DNA from: Phallusia mammillata
Taxonomy: Eukaryota
NCBI GenBank assembly: GCA_965637545.1
Contig: OZ281496.1
Span: forward strand, 29,078,001 to 29,142,000
Direction of reading: 5' to 3'
Length of the DNA stretch: 64,000 bases
Below the pieces are notes generated by a model, which was not told the DNA's origin, made no database searches, and saw nothing but the letters and a program-made list of their open reading frames with translations. The position numbers were made by a program, and so were the translations under genes. This document shows, piece by piece, positions 58,588-64,000 of the stretch; positions within the stretch are counted from its first letter, which is position 1, and each line of letters opens with the position of its first letter.

Positions 58588-59259
58588 CATTGTTATGCAC
58601 ATGTGTTTTAGTTTCTTTGTTGTGATGTTTAAAGTAAAAGGGGAGGGATGTAGTGTTTTATAATGTGCCGGTTACCATCGTGTGTCGTCTGTTGCATGAA
58701 CCGTTGTGTACATGGTTATTCTACCTAACGTGTGCTGATGGTGTGCTGCGTATTGGACAGCAACATAATAAATCTGATATAATCCCGCAAAGCGTGAGTG
58801 AGACGCTACAGTATAGCTATCACTAATTTCAAATGTATGCTGAATCTTTTACTATGCATTTTAGTTGGTCACGAGTGTAGGCACGCCTGCCTCAATGACG
58901 ACTTGTTAAAGGCGGCTACAGTGCAAACTATAATGTTCATTGCAAATTGTTTGGTAAGTCTGATCTTTGCATCTCAATAACAGCTGACTGATTAACAGCC
59001 CCACAGAGTGTCTCTTATTTCTTTGTATTCTTGAGTAAACGTTTCAAAGGCGAACGATTAAATCAGCTTCCACATCCCCAAAGGGAGAAAAATAGACTAA
59101 TAGAAGACTCAAAATTAGACTACTAGAAGACTAAAAAAAGTCTAAGAATGGACTCAGAATAAACCGAGAATCGACCGGCGACAAAGTCGAAAACAAGCTA
59201 TTTATAGAAATGCGAAAACTTGGGTATACAGTAAAACTTTTTTCCTTGAAGTTAAAGAA

Positions 59260-60560
59260 TTTATTTTATGGCAAAGGTGCGATTTATAATGTCATAGCGC
59301 CCTCTAACCGAGCTGCTATGCTTCTCAAGTACGAGCGGTTGTGTTGTACTTGAAGCGGGAACGACAGTATAAACAAGAGGAAGTATGCGTAATGATAAAC
59401 GAACACCTTGTGTTTGTGCAGAACATTCTAGAATAACAAAATGACTCAAAATATCTTACGACTTGCATGAGAACGGAAATACCAACACTTACATCCAGTC
59501 ATAAAGAGGTTAAACACTTCCCCTACACGCTGTGCAACATTATTGCAAACAACATGCTAACGTTAAACATAAACTTTGTGCACATTAATATCATGACCGC
59601 TACACGAGTTACGCAATGATTTCACAAGTTCATTGGGAGACCCGCCAAGTGTGGAATTTGTTTAAAGCGTGTTGCTTCGTGGTATTCATATGCAGACAAG
59701 TTTATTTAGCGTCTGCCGACGTTATATTACCACAATGTGTGGCTTCAGTAATCTGATCATTCAATATCCAGACCAAGCTAATGCCTTTAGCTTGATGTGT
59801 GTCTAAATTTGTCTAACAGAGACCAGATTACGAAGACAGTTTTCTATGTGATTAAATTTATGACTTCTCTGAAGGCTAGCCTTCACATTTGGAAAGTTAA
59901 GTTTGTCAGTTGGAATGTGCTTCAGTTTCACCGAAAGTCGTACGTCACTACTGCAAGTATTTTTAAACTAACTTTCGTTAGTCCCAGTTGAACCGTCTGT
60001 TGTGTGGTTAATACCTATAGTTGTGGCATCAAATTGGTTTGTAAGGCATGGATTTTCAGTCTGTTACTCCCAACATACTGGGGTGTCGTAAGGTGCCTAC
60101 ATTAAGTCATATTCTCTTGTCATCAGTGGCACTGATGAATTCTTGCCACAAATACTGAAAAAAAGAAACTACTGAAAACTCTGAACAGGGTAAGCTACAA
60201 CTTTTGCAATCCGAATTGAGTGAATTTGTACTTTAGTCTTTTCTTTGTTGTTTAATGCGGCGTGTTTTGTGGCTTTTGCGCTTTTTGTGGCAATACGTAT
60301 TGACAAGGGTGGAAATCAAAACCTGCTTTTTATGTAGCCATTCCAGTAAACTCACAAATAGCTTGTGTTCTCACTGACATTTTGCCGGCTAGGGTGTCAA
60401 AAACACGGTTTCGGTCGAGCATTTGCATTGTTTTGCCTGATAATAGTTTGCATTACTACCAGCCTCCAATCATAGAACTAACCTGGACGTATGGCGTTTT
60501 AGATTTGACTTAGATTCGCCTCATAATTTTAACAACAGAGATTTGCCACATATTTTTAGC
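59260..60560 (-). mobile_element. Possible highly decayed hAT transposase remnant
   Basis: Minus-strand fragments LRILPLVYTVVPASS (hATC-like, about 59345-59390) and SNLKRH (BED-like, about 60495-60515); heavily interrupted. Confidence 0.22.
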
Positions 60561-62493
60561 AACAAAGTTACAAAGGCTTGCAAGTTTTTGTCAAATAATG
60601 AAAAGGTTCTACACGCTTCAGCCGAGTTTAGGCCTACTTTTCTGCCTTGATTGTTGAGAACTGCTGTATAACCTCATGTAGACCTACTGCTACACACCAG
60701 TGTTTTCCGAAATTGCCCGCCCACCATTTTAGAAAAAAAGTCCTTTTCTGAAAGATGAACTAGGCTACTTCCAGTTGTTATTGTTACTTTCTTTCATGCG
60801 CTGGTGAAGCCACCAGTCGTGCTGTGACCGAGGTATATAGAACTAATAGAAAGAAAATCATTATTTTCGAGATTGGTGTCAAATTGAAGATCATATTTAT
60901 TGTTTTCTGAAGAAGCATTGAGCAAACGTGAAGCGAGTTTAAGGCATTGTAGAAACTAAAAGCAGGTGCTGGACTAGGTGTGAAAGATTGCGTTTGACTG
61001 TTAGGCTATTGGGAACTGGAAACAGAACCGAGCCCTTTACGTAAACTACCCCGCCCATTTTTTTATTTGTGGTTGGCCTAAGCAAACAAGTTGACCAACG
61101 AACAACAAGCCTCGGTACATTGGCTTGTTCCCGGTGGACTGTGGCAATATGGTGTGTGTGTGTGTGTGTGTAGCCTACTGTTATTCAGATACGCTTAAAT
61201 GGAAAACATATGTAAGCAAGGCTAGGAAACAAATTTGTAACTGGAAGCAGTGTGTATGTCCACCAGTAAAAACTTTTAACTGCCAGACATATGGTATTTT
61301 AAATCAGTACAGGAAAAGTTTGGCTCTGTAGCATCTCGCCTATAGACCGCACGATTTTCAATAGTTGAAAGCATGTGAGAATTTATCAGCTCCAGAAAGA
61401 CATCTATAACATCAGGTTGTAACACGATTTAAATTACAATTCTCCTGCCGGAATTGCCCTAATCGTCAGCATTTTCAAAAGTACGTGTACTATTTGGTAA
61501 CATATTCGATACCCTGCTATGTTTAGCACCATTGGGTCTAAAGCAGTGGTTCTCAAACTTTTTTTGTTGCGACGCCCCTGGACAAGTTTTTCTGCACTTG
61601 CGACGCACTAGCAAATAAAAGTTAATGAGGAAACTTATTATTAAAGTTGGGTTTATTGATACAACAACAAAAAGCCACGAAACAAATGTTTTTATCAGTT
61701 TTTCTTTTTTATGCTACAAACTAGATGTGAAAAAATATTGGTTTACACATTAAACTGGTTAAGAATGTTTCTTTGCATCCAAATTATACATATCCTGTGA
61801 AAAGTTGCATATGAAAACAACATTTCCATCAATATTTACTAAAATAAAATTTGTTCTGTTTCATCCACGTTTGCAATGAAGCCGTCATCCGCGCCGTTCA
61901 GTTGAAACATTTCAACTCTGCCGCCAGCCGCCGTAACCACAGTTTTTTTGCCGCCAAGCGACAACCGCACCTTGTGTTACATGGCAACCGCAACACGCTA
62001 TCCGTCGAACTCCGCAGTTACGCGCTAACTGCGTCATGTGTGAACCGGCCTTTAGTCTTTTCTGTGTTGTTTAATGCGGCTTGTTTTTTGGCTTTTGCAC
62101 TTTTTGTGGCAAATGATTTGATAAGGGTGGGAATTAAACTCCGCTTTCATGTAGCCATTATTCCTGAGTCGTAACAAATAGCTCTAAAAAGCCGTAACAG
62201 TTCTACACGCTTCAGACTAGTTTACTTTTCTGTTGAGATTGTTGAACACGCTAAATAACCTCCTGCGGACTGTTGGCTACCGGTGTTTTCCGGATATTTA
62301 CGCCCACCATTTTTTTAACATGAACTAGGCTACTTTCAGGTGTGAAAGATTGCGTTTAACTGTTAGGCTATTGGGAACTGGAAACAGAACCGAGCCCTAT
62401 ACCTAAGCTACCCCGCCCATTTTTTTATTTGTGGTTCGCCTAAGCAAACAAGTTGACCAACGAACAACAAGCCTCGGTACATTGGCTTGTTGC
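60232..62493. repeat. Diverged direct duplication: 60232-61129 versus 62051-62493 (second copy has internal deletions and runs into the gap)
   Basis: Shared blocks TTTAGTCTTT..GTTGTTTAATGCGGC, TTCTACACGCTTCAG, GATGAACTAGGCTACTT, TGTGAAAGATTGCGTTT..AAGCAAACAAGTTGACCAACGAACAACAAGCCTCGGTACATTGGCTTGTT. Confidence 0.8.
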
Positions 62494-62723
62494 NNNNNNN
62501 NNNNNNNNNNNNNNNNNNNNNNNNNNNNNNNNNNNNNNNNNNNNNNNNNNNNNNNNNNNNNNNNNNNNNNNNNNNNNNNNNNNNNNNNNNNNNNNNNNNN
62601 NNNNNNNNNNNNNNNNNNNNNNNNNNNNNNNNNNNNNNNNNNNNNNNNNNNNNNNNNNNNNNNNNNNNNNNNNNNNNNNNNNNNNNNNNNNNNNNNNNNN
62701 NNNNNNNNNNNNNNNNNNNNNNN
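62494..62723. other. Assembly gap (230 N)
   Basis: Run of N. Confidence 1.
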
Positions 62724-62899
62724 AGAAACTGCACCCAAAAATCCATTGTTACGTCATTCTCCTGTAGAAATGGTTTCGGACACGGTCACGCTTCGATGCA
62801 TGACAAGAAAGGTCGTCTGCTTGTATTCACTCTGTCAGGTATACAGGTGGAAAATACGAATTTGGAGCTGTGCGCATATTTTAGCTTGTCTGGTTCTCT

Positions 62900-63368
62900 T
62901 TATATGTGTGACATAATTCTTGTCACGTACTCAATTGACGTAAAAAAATCATCATTTGTCAATTCACTTAAAATCAACAATTCATTTTCAGACAGACGTT
63001 TTTTTAGTTTTTGTAATATATAGCCAGCAATATATTGTATAATCGTTTCATCATCCTTGCTTAAATCCTCAAATTGATGCAACTTGGAAAGGTTTGATTT
63101 TTGGGAGAGATAATTTATGTATTAATCAAACATTTTTCTTGCTAAACCTAATGATAATGTTCGTTGGATTATAAACAGACTTGGAATTATTGATATAGGC
63201 TACCATCACATGCAAATTTATGAAACAAGGTATCTGGTGCTGTAATCGTTAAAAAGGTTTCCAAAAAGTATTTAATGGCATTTGGTTGTAGGTCATTTTC
63301 ACTGCCACCAACTTCTATCCACCATGTTTTAATTTTGTTTTCACCAATATCATTGGATTTTCTTTCAG
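62900..63368 (-). other. Possible decayed transposase-like coding remnant (YIAGY motif)
   Basis: EDLSKDDETIIQYIAGYILQKLKK resembles the C-terminal YIAGY segment of P-element/THAP9-related proteins. The upstream piece begins after a minus-strand TTTCTTTAG acceptor; the frame is broken. Confidence 0.3.
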
Positions 63369-64000
63369 CTAAAGAAAACAACAACAACATCTGGGATGTG
63401 CAGTAAAATAAAATAAATTGAAATTAGGAAAGTACCAACTATAAATTTGTACAAAACAATTACAAAATAATAATGTTTACTCATATACATATTTACAGTT
63501 ATTACCATGGCGGTCTTTTTCATGCCATAGAAGACCTCTCTTCGTAGAAAATTTTTTTTTACATTTTTTACACCTACAAAACCAAAAATATGTTGACAAA
63601 TTCTTAACAGCAAAACAAGTTCTTACCTTTTGATGTCCAAGGAATCCAAATCCTCACAATCAATAACAATTTCAATATTTAAGTTACAATTCATTTTATT
63701 GAGGTAAAAATCCTAAATATTTTGTTAATATTAGTACATAAAATGAGTCAGCATACCTAATTTCGTAACTGTCCTGATGTTCCGGGAAACGTTTTTCTAA
63801 TTAAAAAGCGTAGATGTGAGCATACAACGAACTTCGCAAGCCAAAATTAAGATTTCCCGCTTGCCCAAGGTAGAGCTACTAACACGATACGTTACGCCTG
63901 ATCCAAAAGTGCTTAATTTTCAAAACGGTATATCTGAAAAAATGCTAACGGTTAGGGCTATTAGGGTTGGGGTAAGGTATTAGCACTTAAAATTCAATAA

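Larger units (their letters stand above)
51845..58810 (+). mobile_element. Ty3/Gypsy LTR retrotransposon, Mag-clade-like, defective
   Basis: 162-bp TG..CA LTRs (51845-52672 with MITE insert; 58649-58810); 5-bp TSD GTATA; PBS; PPT AAAAGGGGAGGGA at 58636-58648; gag-PR-RT-RH-IN order. Confidence 0.97.
50439..58953 (+). other. Candidate small spliced gene whose intron would host the Gypsy element
   Basis: Phase-compatible pieces ATG AAG|GTAAGT (50439-50444), 51295-51343 and 58865-58953, each with AG/GTAAG, give MKANNSFVSHNVLWKNSHVGHECRHACLNDDLLKAATVQTIMFIANCL. Not recognised as a known protein. Confidence 0.25.

Noticed and set aside
60126-60150. CTGATGA at 60132 inside a GTGGCA/TGCCAC hairpin as another hammerhead
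   Set aside because: No stem II followed by GAAA and no NUH arrangement.
62403-63023. ORFs spanning the N run
   Set aside because: Artefacts of the assembly gap.

Overview
AT-rich, intron-containing animal DNA, probably an ascidian/tunicate (inferred from gene content and intron style, not proven). All host genes are on the + strand. (1) A tandem array of three SLC6 Na+/Cl-:solute symporter paralogs: copy 1 is partial and lacks exons 5-6, while copies 2 and 3 are complete 12-exon genes. (2) Two 9-exon paralogs encoding signal peptide + Cys-rich Ly6/three-finger-like domain + sushi (CCP) + VWA, and a third gene encoding a secreted VWA-only protein; all three have His in place of the first MIDAS Asp. 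(3) An intronless TRAF3IP1/IFT54. Non-coding DNA is dense in transposons: about 12 hAT-type MITEs with 8-bp TSDs, a MULE-like foldback, a tRNA-derived SINE, and a Mag-clade Gypsy LTR element (51845-58810). The Gypsy element carries a MITE in its 5' LTR and a 5'-truncated Penelope-like element (RT C-terminus + GIY-YIG) in pol. The main observation not explained by the ORF track is about 19 intact, interrupted or decayed minimal type I hammerhead ribozyme motifs (CUGAUGA-stem II-GAAA-palindromic stem III-NUH) in three sequence families. One family sits in the terminal repeats of the Penelope element. The other two form tiny (80-200 bp) ORF-less insertions; family A/A' copies carry 10-13 bp TSDs and are often arranged as inverted double-ribozyme units. 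Hammerheads in Penelope repeats are established knowledge. The short mobile ribozyme units, their inverted-dimer architecture, three MITE hits in ribozyme cores, and one unit apparently supplying a host splice donor are what merit follow-up. Everything was read by eye; no folding, alignment or database search was run.
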